A stretch of DNA of 63,974 bases, the filler included. It is 10 parts of 10 records of this genome, joined end to end, with 100 filler letters (N's around TTAATTAATTAA, not from the genome) between each part and the next. Parts side by side here need not be neighbours in the genome. Positions count along the whole stretch, not along the records: positions 40,271 to 45,239 come from SRR20825010_4595; positions 45,340 to 48,768 come from SRR20825010_4602; positions 48,869 to 54,069 come from SRR20825010_4608; 7 more parts are not named here. One strand, written 5' to 3'. A program made the position numbers and the translations under genes. The notes under the pieces are model-generated. The model was not told the origin of the DNA, ran no database searches, and saw only the letters and a program-made list of their open reading frames with translations. How positions within the stretch are numbered: the first letter of the stretch is position 1; the number at the start of each line of letters is the position of its first letter. Positions 40,334 through 51,198 of this stretch are shown in pieces.

Positions 40334-41845
40334 CTAAGTCAAGATTTCTTCGACGACGCGGCTTTGTTTGACTCCGGTGAGGCGTTGGTTGAGGCCTTTG
40401 AAGGGATAGACCATCGTCTCGTGGTTGAAGCCGAGCAGGTGCAGCATCGTGGCGTGGAAGTCTCGCAGGTGCACGGACTCGGTCGCCGCGGTGTAACCGA
40501 CCGCATCGGTCTCGCCATAGGTGAACCCGGGTTTGACTCCCCCGCCAGCCATCCACATCGTGAACGCTTCAGGACTGTGGTCGCGACCATGAAACGCCAT
40601 CGTCGTTCCGCCGCGGTTCTCTCGCATCGGAGTGCGTCCGAACTCGCCGCCCCAGACAACCAGCGTGTCCTCCAGCATTCCTCGCTGCTTCAAATCAGCC
40701 AGCAACGCCGCGATTGGTTTGTCCGTTTGCTTGCACTTGTCGGGCAAGCCATGCTCGAGCGATTCGCTGCGGTTGGATCCGTGCGTGTCCCAGCCCCAAT
40801 CAAACAACTGCACAAAGCGGACGCCTTCTTCGACCAAACGCCGCGCGAGCAAGCAGTTGTTGGCGAAGGATTCTTTGCCGGGTTCAGCACCGTAGCTTTC
40901 CAACGTTTCCGCCGTTTCTTGCGACAGATCCATCGCTTCGGGAGCAGCCACTTGCATCCGATAGGCCATCTCGTACTGAGCGATTCGGGTGACCGTTTCA
41001 GGATCGCCGTATTGCTGCAACGACTCTTGATTGAGCGCTGCCAACGCGTCCAAGACTTGCCGTCGTTCCTGTCGCGAAACGCCTTCTGGATTGGCGACAT
41101 TCAGAACCGGGTCGCCTTTGGATCGGCACTGCACACCCTGATAGACCGAAGGTAAAAACCCTGATCCCCAAAGAGCCTTGCCGACACGAGGCAAACGACC
41201 ACCGGACAACAGCACGATGAACCCGGGCAAATCTTCGTTCTCGCTGCCCAAACCATACGTGACCCATGAACCGATCGATGGCGATCCCATCGGTGCGGCT
41301 CCGGTGTGCACCATCAACTGAGCCGGTCCGTGATTGAATTGGTCCGTCTTGACCGTTTTCAAGAAGCACAAATCATCGACTTGCTTGGCCAAGTTGGGCA
41401 TCAACTCGGACACCCACGCCCCAGATTCGCCGTGTTGCTGGAAGTCATACTGAGGCCCCAGCATCCGCGGCGTGCCGTTAATGAAAGCAAAACGCTTGCC
41501 CTCCAAGAACGACTGCGGGCACTCTTTGCCGTCGAGTTCTTTGAGGTCGGGTTTGTAGTCAAACAACTCCAGTTGGCTGGGTGCACCGACCATGTGCAAG
41601 TAGATCACCCGCTTGACCTTGGCCGGTTGAGGCGGCGTCAGTGGGCTGAGCGGATTGGTGGCGTCGTGTTGGGGATCAAAACCATGTTGCAGCGAAGCGT
41701 TCGCGTGCGCAGCGTTTCCACCAGCTTGCTGAGTCGCCAAGTAAATGGCACCCAATCCAGCAGCCGACTCGGTCAGAAATTGCCGGCGACTGGTTTGCAA
41801 CAACGACTGACGAAAAAGTTCTTGAGAGATCGATTCGCGATGCAT
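40334..41845 (-). CDS. DUF1501 family protein (sulfatase-like fold, Tat-like leader)
   Basis: SRRQFL, KRVIYLHMVGAPSQLELFDYKP, ARRLVEEGVRFVQ, WDTH, WGGEFGRTP and GRDH motifs. Confidence 0.92.
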   Translation of the reverse strand: MHRESISQELFRQSLLQTSRRQFLTESAAGLGAIYLATQQAGGNAAHANASLQHGFDPQHDATNPLSPLTPPQPAKVKRVIYLHMVGAPSQLELFDYKPDLKELDGKECPQSFLEGKRFAFINGTPRMLGPQYDFQQHGESGAWVSELMPNLAKQVDDLCFLKTVKTDQFNHGPAQLMVHTGAAPMGSPSIGSWVTYGLGSENEDLPGFIVLLSGGRLPRVGKALWGSGFLPSVYQGVQCRSKGDPVLNVANPEGVSRQERRQVLDALAALNQESLQQYGDPETVTRIAQYEMAYRMQVAAPEAMDLSQETAETLESYGAEPGKESFANNCLLARRLVEEGVRFVQLFDWGWDTHGSNRSESLEHGLPDKCKQTDKPIAALLADLKQRGMLEDTLVVWGGEFGRTPMRENRGGTTMAFHGRDHSPEAFTMWMAGGGVKPGFTYGETDAVGYTAATESVHLRDFHATMLHLLGFNHETMVYPFKGLNQRLTGVKQSRVVEEILT

Positions 41846-41846
41846 C

Positions 41847-44711
41847 TTATTTGCTCATAATTTCGTCGAGGTTCAACAAGGCGGACGCGACAGCTTCGTA
41901 GGCGTCTTGCTCTTGCTCGGACTGTTGCTTGGCTTGCTCGTATAGAGCCACCAAGATCTTCTGTTCAGCGGACGTTGGCGACCGAGAAGTCACCAATTGG
42001 AAACCTTTCGCCAAACGTTCTTCCAGTTCCCCATCCATCGCCTCAATCTTCTTTGCCAGTGCCTGCATGCATTCCACAAACGTGACGTCATTGAGTGTCG
42101 TCAAGGCTTGCAGAGGCGTATTGGATCGCAGCCGCCGCGGCGTGCAAAACTCACGCGAAGGGGCATCGAACGCGGCGAACATCGGATACGGAATGCTGCG
42201 TTTGGTGTAGGTATAAATCGAGCGACGATAGCGATCGGGGTCGCCCACATCCGGCGTGCTCCATTTGTCGCCGCCTTGGAAAGGTTTCCAAACGCCATCG
42301 GGAATCGGCGGATGCACCGGAGCCCCGTGGACTTCCGGCGAAAGCAATCCGGACAAAAACAAGGCTTGATCGCGAACCATTTCGGCGGGCATGCGGAAAC
42401 GGGGCCCACGAGCCAACCATCGGTTCTGCGGATCGACCAAGTCCGAATTGGGATCGATGACCGCGTCTTGTCGGTAGGTGCTCGACAACACGATGGATCG
42501 GATCAGTTGCTTCCAACTCCAGTCGTATTCGTTCTGGAATTTGAGAGCCAAGTGATCGAGCAACTCAGGATGCGTCGGCCGTTCGCCACTGGAACCAAAG
42601 TCTTCCTCGGTCGGAACCAAACCGATTCCAAACAGACGAGCCCAGATGCGGTTGACGGTCACGCGTGCCGTCAGCGGGTTGCTCGGATCCACCAACCACT
42701 TCGCCAAGTCCATTCGGTTGAACGGGCCTTCGCCTGCGATGGGTGGCATCGAATTGGGCACGTCCGGTTGGACTTGTTGATCCTTGGTCAGGAACAAACC
42801 GCGAATGAACACGTGGCTGGGGCGAGCCAGATGCTCGGGACGTTCCAACATGATTGGGATGCGAACCGAAGGGATCTTGCGTCGCTGGCCTGACAACTCA
42901 GACAGCTCATCACGCCGTGCCTTCAAGTCCGTGTCCGTCCACGCAAGCAGAGCTTTTTCGTCCGAGCAAACATCAACACTGCCACGACGAACGACCAAGG
43001 GGAACGCACCCAGGGCTTGTTGCCGGCAACTCATGTCGAGTTTGAGCTTTGCACCTCCGGGGACCTCAACTGGTTCCTTCAACAAGAACACGGCCACGCG
43101 AGGATGATGAATGCGAGTGAAGGCCGCGAATCCGTCGCTGTTCTTCGGATCCATGCTGGATCGAGCATGCTTTAGCGGTTCGGGTTCATCAGCAATGACG
43201 TGAGAGAATTCGATTTGGGTCTCGGCGTCTTCGTCTTTGCCACCGACCAAGACCGCATTCAAATGCGACAGCACAAATCCCCATTCGGAATCCGCCAGTG
43301 CGGTTTTGGGATTGCGAGGCAGCAGCGTCAAACGGATAGCGGTGAGCTTGTCGGCGGACTCAGGCATCTCACATTCGAGCGAAATCGTGGTGCCGTTGGA
43401 CAGCGTGTCGATCGTGTAGAACTCCGTCCGCCCGTCGCGTTCTTCGACATCGACTCTGGTTTGCTTGGTGGCCGACGCGGTCATGGAGTCGATGTGCTTC
43501 CAGTCCAACTCGTTGTCGCTGACCGCTTCAAATTCCTGGTGCCAAATCGATTGCTTGAGCGAACGAATTCGGCGATCCAGTTCCGAAGCACGTTCCTCAT
43601 CTTCATTGGCTAGCGGCACCGACAACAAAGGCTCTTCGCCACTCAGGTCGCAATCGACCGAGTTGTTGAAGAATGCCATGAACTCGTAGAACTCTTCGTG
43701 TTCGATCGGGTCGTACGGGTGACTGTGACACTGGACGCAACCGAACGTGATGCCTTGCCAGGTTTGCCAAACGGTGCTGACTCGGTCCATCACCGCGTTG
43801 ATACGAAACTCTTCGTCGTCCGTGCCGCCTTCTTCATTGGTCTGAGTCAAACGACTGGCAGTGGTTGCCAAGAAATCGTTGACCGAAGGATCCGGCAACA
43901 AGTCACCGGCGATTTGCTTGATCGTGAACTCATCAAACGGCATGTCGTTGTTGAGCGAATCGATTACCCAGTCGCGATACTTCCACGCGTTGCGACGTCC
44001 GTCCAAACCCAGGCCACGGCTATCGGCATATCGAATTTGATCGAGCCAAATCGATGCCCAGCGTTCGCCGTAGCCCGATGACTGAAGCAGTTCATCCACC
44101 TTTTCGGTGTACGCCGCATCGCCACGTTCCTTCGCGGCTTGGTTGAAACTTTCGACTTCGGCCAGCGTTGGTGGCACACCGGTCAGGTCCAACGTGACTC
44201 GTCTGAGCCATTGGTGCGGCGGGGCATCCTTGGCGGGCTGGATGCCTTGTTCTTCGAGCGTACTGCGGACGAAGCGATCAATGGATTGACGGCAAGCGTC
44301 CGGGTTGGCGACGTCTGGAACGCCGGGGGCAACCGGAGGTTCATAGCCCCATGATTGTTTCCACTTGGCACCTTCTTCAATCCAAGTCTTCAGCAGGGCG
44401 ATCTTTTCGTCGGTCAGCGGCGCACCGTGCTCGGGTGGCGGCATGATCTCCGATTCGTCATCCGACAGAATCCGATCGATCATGTAGGAACCATCGACGT
44501 CGCCGGGCTCGATCACCGCCAACGCACTGTCGCGATGAATGAACGACAGGTCGCCGGCTTGCTTGACACCGCCATGACAGGCCACGCAGTGTTCGTTCAA
44601 GATCGGCTGAATGTCATCGGCAAAGTCGACGGCAGACGCGGACGACCAAGTCCCGAAACCGGTTCCAAGCCAAGTGGCAGCAAAACAGAAGAGATAAAAA
44701 CGTTGTGTCAT
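41847..44711 (-). CDS. Planctomycete cytochrome c / DUF1549 / DUF1553 (PSD1) protein
   Basis: Signal peptide; CVACHG, MPP, YGERWA..WLD..RYADS, CVQCHSHPYDP, NPLTARVTVNRIW and NTPLQAL motifs. Confidence 0.93.
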   Translation of the reverse strand: MTQRFYLFCFAATWLGTGFGTWSSASAVDFADDIQPILNEHCVACHGGVKQAGDLSFIHRDSALAVIEPGDVDGSYMIDRILSDDESEIMPPPEHGAPLTDEKIALLKTWIEEGAKWKQSWGYEPPVAPGVPDVANPDACRQSIDRFVRSTLEEQGIQPAKDAPPHQWLRRVTLDLTGVPPTLAEVESFNQAAKERGDAAYTEKVDELLQSSGYGERWASIWLDQIRYADSRGLGLDGRRNAWKYRDWVIDSLNNDMPFDEFTIKQIAGDLLPDPSVNDFLATTASRLTQTNEEGGTDDEEFRINAVMDRVSTVWQTWQGITFGCVQCHSHPYDPIEHEEFYEFMAFFNNSVDCDLSGEEPLLSVPLANEDEERASELDRRIRSLKQSIWHQEFEAVSDNELDWKHIDSMTASATKQTRVDVEERDGRTEFYTIDTLSNGTTISLECEMPESADKLTAIRLTLLPRNPKTALADSEWGFVLSHLNAVLVGGKDEDAETQIEFSHVIADEPEPLKHARSSMDPKNSDGFAAFTRIHHPRVAVFLLKEPVEVPGGAKLKLDMSCRQQALGAFPLVVRRGSVDVCSDEKALLAWTDTDLKARRDELSELSGQRRKIPSVRIPIMLERPEHLARPSHVFIRGLFLTKDQQVQPDVPNSMPPIAGEGPFNRMDLAKWLVDPSNPLTARVTVNRIWARLFGIGLVPTEEDFGSSGERPTHPELLDHLALKFQNEYDWSWKQLIRSIVLSSTYRQDAVIDPNSDLVDPQNRWLARGPRFRMPAEMVRDQALFLSGLLSPEVHGAPVHPPIPDGVWKPFQGGDKWSTPDVGDPDRYRRSIYTYTKRSIPYPMFAAFDAPSREFCTPRRLRSNTPLQALTTLNDVTFVECMQALAKKIEAMDGELEERLAKGFQLVTSRSPTSAEQKILVALYEQAKQQSEQEQDAYEAVASALLNLDEIMSK

Positions 44712-44974
44712 GAGCAGACAAACAAAGGAAAGGCAACTTCACTGTCGGTTAGCAAAGTCTTGCAGCAAGTCAATGAAAGATGGCACTGGTGAGTTGCGTT
44801 CAGAACCGTCGACCTCCGGCGGGCTAACCCACAGAGTGTCATTCTCCCAATGGCATCGCCGAACGCCGTAATACCGACAAAGGGAGCGGTCCCGACCACA
44901 ATAAGCGGAACGTTGTAGCTCGGCAAATGACAATTTCGCACAGTAAAAGCGTGCCAAATCGGCGAAACATGAGA

Positions 44975-45008
44975 AACGCCCGGCATATCAGACGATACGC
45001 CGGGCGTT
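44975..45008 (-). terminator. Hairpin downstream of the DUF1559 gene
   Basis: AACGCCCGGC...GCCGGGCGTT, 10-bp arms. Confidence 0.65.
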
Positions 45009-45055
45009 GTAGTTTCAAAGAAAACGCAAAGTTGCGTCGGGACTAAGACCAAGAG

Positions 45056-45238
45056 TCAGAACTCTTCGTCAATCACCTCGCGTGCGGCACGAGTTCCCAA
45101 GGATCCCCACAATCCGTACGGGCTGGCCGACCCCGGTGGGTTGCTGCTTTCCTGCGACGCGTTGCGATGCCAAATCGTTTCCGCTCGGCTGTTTCCGGCT
45201 TCGATTGAGTCGGTGATGAACTTCACCGCACCATCGGC
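45056..45238 (-). CDS. DUF1559 (prepilin-type) protein, C-terminus only
   Basis: Translated by hand: ADGAVKFITDSIEAGN...SPYGLWGSLGTRAAREVIDEEF*. Confidence 0.88.
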   Translation of the reverse strand, partial: ADGAVKFITDSIEAGNSRAETIWHRNASQESSNPPGSASPYGLWGSLGTRAAREVIDEEF

Positions 45239-45239
45239 C

Positions 45240-45339
45240 NNNNNNNNNNNNNNNNNNNNNNNNNNNNNNNNNNNNNNNNNNNNTTAATTAATTAANNNNN
45301 NNNNNNNNNNNNNNNNNNNNNNNNNNNNNNNNNNNNNNN
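45240..45339. other. Artificial contig linker
   Basis: N44-TTAATTAATTAA-N44. Confidence 0.99.
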
Positions 45340-45878
45340 TAGAAGATCATGAAGAAGCCGGCCTCTTTCCAGATGGCAACCGCCATCACCGCCCAGAGGA
45401 CTGTGTCCGACTGGCCGAGCAGGTTCTGGTCGGGCAGGCCGAAAAGGCCATTGCGGATCTGGTCGATCAGGCCAAAGCCGGGGGTGTAGAAAAACAGCCA
45501 GATATTGGCGACGGCAATCAGCGGCAGCACCGTCGGGGTGAAATACGCCATGCGCAGGAAGCCGAGTCCGCGCAGCTTGCCATTTACCCAAAGTGCCATG
45601 ACAAGGGCGATTGCGACTGAAATCGGAATGGTCGCCAGCGCGTACAGCAGGTTGTTCCAGATGACCTGCCAGAAGACTTCATCATTGAGGAGGGCCTGAT
45701 AATTTTCAAGGCCGATGAACTTTGCCGGACGCTTGCCCCGAGGGGTCGAGAAAAAGCTGCTGATCAGGGTGACAACCGCCGGATAATGGGTAAAGGCGAA
45801 CAACATGAGAAGCGCCGGGCTCAGGAGAAGCCAGGCGTATATCCAGTTCATCTGTGCGATTGTTCGCTTGAATTTCAT
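45340..45878 (-). CDS. CUT1 ABC transporter permease, UgpA-like (3' truncated)
   Basis: FIGLENY, RMAYFTPTVLP and WKEAGFFMIF motifs. Confidence 0.9.
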
Positions 45879-45900
45879 TTATATTGCTACCTGAAAATGA

Positions 45901-45932
45901 GTCCCGCCGGTAACGGAGAAAACCGGCGGGAC
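45901..45932. other. Intercistronic hairpin after the solute-binding protein gene
   Basis: GTCCCGCCGGT-N10-ACCGGCGGGAC. Confidence 0.65.
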
Positions 45933-45940
45933 AGCTTCGC

Positions 45941-47233
45941 TTATCTATACTCTTTAAGGATTGCGTCGGCTTTCGCCTGAGCTTCCTTTAGGGCAGTCGA
46001 AGCATCTTTCTCGCCGGTGATTGCCGCAGAGAGCGCGTCATTGAGAATTTTCGTGACCCGCTGGTTCTGGTAGGTGGACAACTCCGGCACGGCATATTCC
46101 AGCTGATCCCGGGCAACAAGCGCTGGTGGGAAGTCGGCGGTATAAGCCTTCATTTTTTCCGTCTCCCATGTTTCCGCGCGCGGTGCCACATAGCCGGTTG
46201 CAATCGTCCATTCAGCCGACTGCTTCGGCGCGGTGATCCATTTCACGAAATCAAGAGCGGCGCGTTTTTGCTCGTCACTGGAGTCCTTGAAAATGAAGAA
46301 GTTGCCACCGCCCGTTGGTGCCCCGCGGGAGAGTTTCGCCGGCAACATCGCCACGCCAAAATCAAACGGGGCGTTGGTGCGAACATTGGTCAGGTTGCCC
46401 GTTGACGTCCACATCATCGCCGTCTGGCCTTCAAAGAAGGCCTTCGGTGTTGCCCCCCATTCGATAATGCCGGGGGCCATGATGCCGTGCACCTTGTTCA
46501 GGTCGACAAGATACTCAAGGGATTCAACAACGGCCGGATCGTCAAAATAGGTTACATTGCCGTCTGCGTTGGCGAGAATCTTGCCGTTTGCCGCCGCGAG
46601 GCCCTGGAACAGCCAGTAGGGAAAGCCGGAAGACGGAATGCGAACGCCCCATCTGGTGACATTGCCATTGGCATCCTTCTTGACCAGCTTCTTGCCATAC
46701 TCAACCATTTCTTCCCAGGTTGCCGGGCCTTTTTCGGGATCAAGACCGGCTTCCTTGAAAGCTTCCTTATTGTAATAGAGAACCGGTGTGGAGCGCTGGA
46801 ACGGGATGCCATATGTCTTGCCGCCTGTCTGGCTGTTTTTCATAAAGGCGGGGTAGAAGGAATTAAGCCAGGCTTTGTCTTCATCCGTTGTGGCGGCATC
46901 GTCAAACGGGACGATGACATCCTCATCGATCAGCGTGAACATATCGACCGCAAGGATCACAGAGAGTTGTGGTGGCTTGCCGCCACGCGCCGCAGTGAGG
47001 GCTTTTGTCACCGTATCCTGATAGGACCCGGCGAAAATTGCGTCGATATTCACATCCTTGTGCTGGGCGGAATACTCATCGGTCAGCGCCTGGATTGTTT
47101 CTGCGGCTTTACCCCCGACAGCAACCGGGAAATAAAATTGCAGATCGACAGCATATGCCGATGCCAGCGTTCCGGCGGAGAGGGCGACTGCCCCTGCCGT
47201 AACGCAAAGAGATCTGAATAGTGTCTTCATCAT
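45941..47233 (-). CDS. ABC transporter substrate-binding protein, UgpB-like
   Basis: Signal peptide; GIPFQRSTPVLYYNKEAF and PTGGGN motifs. Confidence 0.92.
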   Translation of the reverse strand: MMKTLFRSLCVTAGAVALSAGTLASAYAVDLQFYFPVAVGGKAAETIQALTDEYSAQHKDVNIDAIFAGSYQDTVTKALTAARGGKPPQLSVILAVDMFTLIDEDVIVPFDDAATTDEDKAWLNSFYPAFMKNSQTGGKTYGIPFQRSTPVLYYNKEAFKEAGLDPEKGPATWEEMVEYGKKLVKKDANGNVTRWGVRIPSSGFPYWLFQGLAAANGKILANADGNVTYFDDPAVVESLEYLVDLNKVHGIMAPGIIEWGATPKAFFEGQTAMMWTSTGNLTNVRTNAPFDFGVAMLPAKLSRGAPTGGGNFFIFKDSSDEQKRAALDFVKWITAPKQSAEWTIATGYVAPRAETWETEKMKAYTADFPPALVARDQLEYAVPELSTYQNQRVTKILNDALSAAITGEKDASTALKEAQAKADAILKEYR

Positions 47234-47287
47234 TTTGTCCTTTCGGTTTTGGTTTCTTTGATAAAATTACGACAACTTTTTCTACAT

Positions 47288-48391
47288 TTACTTTGCGTCC
47301 GCCGTTTCGGCGGCCCATTCCTTCTCTTGGGCGAGATCAATCCGCCTGCCCGATGTGGGATCGAACAGATGTGTTTTCTCGATTGGCCATGTCAGTGAAA
47401 TCTCATTACCGGAGGGCGGGATGTCGCCCGAAACACGAACAAGGCAGGGCGCGTCCCCGATCCGGCAGTCAATGAGCGTATCGGCGCCAAGATATTCGAT
47501 ATTGCGGATGGTCGCCTTCACGCCGCCGTCTTCCACGCGGATAGCTTCGGGCCGGATGCCGACAAGGATATCGTCGCTCACCGGAGGAAGCGGAGCATTG
47601 GCTGCCGCAGGGAGCAAGGCTGAGGCTGGTATGATATTCATCGGCGGCGTCCCCATGAATTTGGCGGTAAAGATGCTGGCCGGTCGCTCATAGATTTCCT
47701 GCGCCGTTGCCGCCTGCTCGATTTTCCCCTGATTGATCAACACGACCTTGTCCGCCATCGAGATTGCCTCGATCTGGTCATGGGTCACATAGACCATGGT
47801 GAAGCCGAGCTTCGTTTGCAGTTCCCGCAGCTCCACCCGCATGTCATGGCGCAGCTTGGCGTCCAGATTGGAAAGGGGTTCATCCATCAGGCAAATAGGA
47901 CGCTCCGAGATAATCGCGCGGCCGAGGGCAACGCGCTGTTGCTGACCGCCGGATAGCTGGCTTGGTCGGCGGTCGAGATAATCGGAAAGCCCCAGAAGGT
48001 CCGCCGTCATTTGCAGGCGCTGTTCACATTCCGCCTGCCCGACGCGGCGGACTTTCAGGCCGAAGATGATGTTTTCCGCGACGGAGAGATGCGGGAAGAG
48101 GGCGTAAGACTGAAACACCATGGAAAGGTCGCGGGAGGAGGCGGGCTGGTCGGTCACGTCCTTGCCGCCAATCAGAATACGACCCCCGTCAACCTCATCC
48201 AGACCTGCAATCAACCGCAATGTGGTGGACTTGCCGCAGCCCGACGGCCCGAGCAACACGGTAAAGCTGCCCGCGTCAATTTCCAGATCGATCCCATCGA
48301 CAGCGCGCACACCGCCCCAGCCTTTTTGCAAATTCTGGAGACTGATGGCTTCGCCGGAGCGGCTAAACAGGCGGGAATCCCTATTCGTCAT
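47288..48391 (-). CDS. ABC transporter ATP-binding protein, UgpC/MalK-like
   Basis: GPSGCGKST, LSGGQQQRVALGRA, MDEPLSNLD and VTHDQ motifs. Confidence 0.95.
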   Translation of the reverse strand: MTNRDSRLFSRSGEAISLQNLQKGWGGVRAVDGIDLEIDAGSFTVLLGPSGCGKSTTLRLIAGLDEVDGGRILIGGKDVTDQPASSRDLSMVFQSYALFPHLSVAENIIFGLKVRRVGQAECEQRLQMTADLLGLSDYLDRRPSQLSGGQQQRVALGRAIISERPICLMDEPLSNLDAKLRHDMRVELRELQTKLGFTMVYVTHDQIEAISMADKVVLINQGKIEQAATAQEIYERPASIFTAKFMGTPPMNIIPASALLPAAANAPLPPVSDDILVGIRPEAIRVEDGGVKATIRNIEYLGADTLIDCRIGDAPCLVRVSGDIPPSGNEISLTWPIEKTHLFDPTSGRRIDLAQEKEWAAETADAK

Positions 48392-48767
48392 GCCCCGCCC
48401 CCTCGGTATCGCAGACAACAATCTCGGTCGCGGATTTTCGCACTATGTTGGTGGCCCAGCCGGGCAGCGCCTCGTCTGTGAAAATGACATCTACATCCGT
48501 CAGCGTGCCGCCGCGCACATGAGCCGTTCGACCGAATTTCGTGCCATCGACTGTTAGATAAGTTTGGCGGCAGTTGCGGGATATCGCATCTCTGGCAGAA
48601 ACTTCTTCTTCGTTGAAATCAAGCAGGACGCCGTCATCATCCACGCCGCCGACACCAAAAATGCCAATATCGAATTTGTAATTATCAAAGAACTGTTCTG
48701 TCTGGGCCCCGAGAATATCCCGGTCGCCATACCGGATGCGCCCGCCGACGATTGTCACATCAAAGGA
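48381..48767 (-). CDS. DeoR/GlpR-family regulator, C-terminus (5' truncated)
   Basis: GG.IR..D.DILG, DIGIFGVGGVDDDG.LLDF..EE and DGTKFGR motifs. Confidence 0.88.
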   Translation of the reverse strand, partial: SFDVTIVGGRIRYGDRDILGAQTEQFFDNYKFDIGIFGVGGVDDDGVLLDFNEEEVSARDAISRNCRQTYLTVDGTKFGRTAHVRGGTLTDVDVIFTDEALPGWATNIVRKSATEIVVCDTEGAGHDE

Positions 48768-48768
48768 C

Positions 48769-48868
48769 NNNNNNNNNNNNNNNNNNNNNNNNNNNNNNNN
48801 NNNNNNNNNNNNTTAATTAATTAANNNNNNNNNNNNNNNNNNNNNNNNNNNNNNNNNNNNNNNNNNNN
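48769..48868. other. Artificial contig linker
   Basis: N44-TTAATTAATTAA-N44. Confidence 0.99.
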
Positions 48869-50131
48869 GCGGAACGCGCGGCCGATGTCGCGGGTATAGA
48901 CATAGGCGGCGAGGCCGTAGTGCGTGTCGTTGGCCAGTGTCAGGGCCTCTTCCTCATCATCGAAGGGGATGATCGGGGCGACGGGGCCAAAGGTTTCCTC
49001 GCGATAGATGTCCATGCCCGCATTGACGCCGGTCAGGATCGTCGGCGCGTAGAAATATCCCTGCCCCAGCGCGCCGTCGGTCAGGCGCTTGCCACCCAGC
49101 ACGACTTCCGCACCCTTGTTGCGGGCGTCATCGACCTGGCGGGCCACCTTGTCCACGGCCCTTTCGTTGACCAACGGGCCAATGGCGACCCCATCTTCGA
49201 ACCCGGACCCGGCCTTCATCTTCGACACCCGGTCTGCCAGCGTGCCGGTGAAGTCATCGGCGATGGAGCTGTGGACGTAGAGGCGGTTCGGGCTGATGCA
49301 GGCCTGACCGGTGTTCAGGAACTTCACCAGTTGCGCACCCTTCGCGGCATGTACGGGGTCAGCATCCCTGAACACCAGGAACGGCGCGTGGCCGCCCAGT
49401 TCGCATGACACGCGTTTCATGTTGGCGGCGGCCTGCCCGGCCAGCATCCGACCCACGGCGGTGGAACCGGTGAAGGTCAGTTTCCGTACTTTCGGGTTGG
49501 TGGTGAACTCGTCGCCAATCGGCTTCGGATCCAGCGCCGTCACCAGGTTGATCACCCCATCCGGCACACCGGCTTCGGCCAGGATCTTGAAGATCTCGAT
49601 CGCACACAGCGGCGTGGCTTCAGCGGGTTTCAGCACAACGGTACAGCCCGCGGCCAGGGCAGGCCCGACTTTCCGCGTGATCATGGATACGGGGTAGTTC
49701 CAGGGCGTGATGGCGGCCACGACACCCACAGGCTGATGCAGCACGATGAAACGCTGATCGGCACGGGGGGAGGGGATGGTCTCCCCATAGTTCCGCTTGG
49801 CTTCTTCGGAGAACCAGAGCAGGAAATCGGCGCCATACTGCACTTCCGTGCGGGCGGCGCGGATCGGCTTGCCCTGTTCCTCCGTCATGGTGCGGGCCAG
49901 ATGTTCCTTGCGTTCCAGCATCAGGTCATAGGCACGGCGCAGGATGGCTGACCGTTCATAGGCCGTGGTTGCGGCCCAGCCGCGGAATGCATCGTGGGCC
50001 GCATCGACGGCGCGCCTGGCAGCTTCACGGTCGCCGTCAGGCACTTCGGTGATGGTCTCCCCCGTTGCCGGGTTGATGACGGGAAAGGTCTTGGCCGATG
50101 CAGCTTCGGTCCAGGCTCCGGCAATGAACAT
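48869..50131 (-). CDS. gabD: NAD(P)-dependent succinate-semialdehyde dehydrogenase-like aldehyde dehydrogenase (3' truncated)
   Basis: ITPWNYP, FTGSTAVG, ELGGHAP, GQAC and EETFGP motifs. Confidence 0.8.
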
Positions 50132-50163
50132 GTGCTTCTCCGAATTCTCGTGTGGTTCCGGGC

Positions 50164-51084
50164 CTATTTCGTGGCGCGAATGGCAAAGCCAACGCGCGGG
50201 AAATGGACCGTGATGTCGCCAACGGTTTCATCCGTCCGGCGTACCGCGATTTCCTGCCCGTTGTAGGTCACGAGCGCCCCCGCGACCGGATCCCGCGCGT
50301 AATCCATGGGGGTGATGGATACCTGATCACCGGCCTGCCAGCCCTCGGCATTGTCCGCAACACCGGATGTTTCATCTGGCGTGGCGTTGGTGGCGACAGT
50401 CAGGGCTTCGGCACCCGTCATGTCGTGTTTCGTGCCGTGCCCGATGGCCGCAACACGTTCCATGAAACCGATCAGGGCCGGGTGCGGATCCAGCGTCGCG
50501 CGCACCTTGCCCCCGGCATTCCCCAGGAACCAGAGCGGGTGGTAGAGTGTCAGGTCGGCCAGCCCGGCGGTTTCACCTGCCAGAAACGGCTTGCCACTGA
50601 TCAGCAGATCCTCCGCCCAGGCAAGCTGGGGCTTCAGCTGTTCCAGGTGGCCCGGTGCCGCAGCCTTCAACCGGTCGATATTGGCACCCGGCGCGCCACG
50701 CATCCTGGCGCGGTCATCATGGAATTCAGCAGGCATCCGATCAGCATTGGTGCCCATGACGAAACCGGCAATGGTCCAGAACATGCCATTTTCCGCCAGC
50801 CCCGCGACCGCCTGGGTCAGGCCGAGACCGCCTGCCATCAGGCTGGGTGTCGGGTGACGCCGTTCCAGCTCCTCCGCGATCAGCTTGGTGTCGCAATAGA
50901 TGTCGGCACCGATCTGCAACACAGGTGTCTTCCGGTAACCGCCGGTCAGGGGCATCAGGTCGGGCTTCGGCATGATCGACGGTATTTCGACCGACTGCCA
51001 CGCAAGGCCCTTCAGGCCCATCATCAGGCGGACCTTCTCCGCAAACGGTGAACGATCATAATGATGCAGGATCAGATCAGTCAT
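50164..51084 (-). CDS. Glutathione S-transferase family protein
   Basis: SPFAEKVR, TGGYRKTPVLQIGADIYCDT and VHFPRVGF motifs. Confidence 0.92.
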   Translation of the reverse strand: MTDLILHHYDRSPFAEKVRLMMGLKGLAWQSVEIPSIMPKPDLMPLTGGYRKTPVLQIGADIYCDTKLIAEELERRHPTPSLMAGGLGLTQAVAGLAENGMFWTIAGFVMGTNADRMPAEFHDDRARMRGAPGANIDRLKAAAPGHLEQLKPQLAWAEDLLISGKPFLAGETAGLADLTLYHPLWFLGNAGGKVRATLDPHPALIGFMERVAAIGHGTKHDMTGAEALTVATNATPDETSGVADNAEGWQAGDQVSITPMDYARDPVAGALVTYNGQEIAVRRTDETVGDITVHFPRVGFAIRATK

Positions 51085-51198
51085 GGTGTGCCTCCCCGGC
51101 GGTTGTTCGACATAGCTGCCATCTTAAACAGGATCGTGCTTTGGCGTCTCTGGCTGAGCGACTATCGTTGGTCAACAGTACATGATGGGGAGGACGTG

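Noticed and set aside
44938-44957. Sigma54 promoter for the PSD1 gene (minus strand TTGGCACGCTTTTACT)
   Set aside because: Good -24 element but no GC at the required 10-nt spacing
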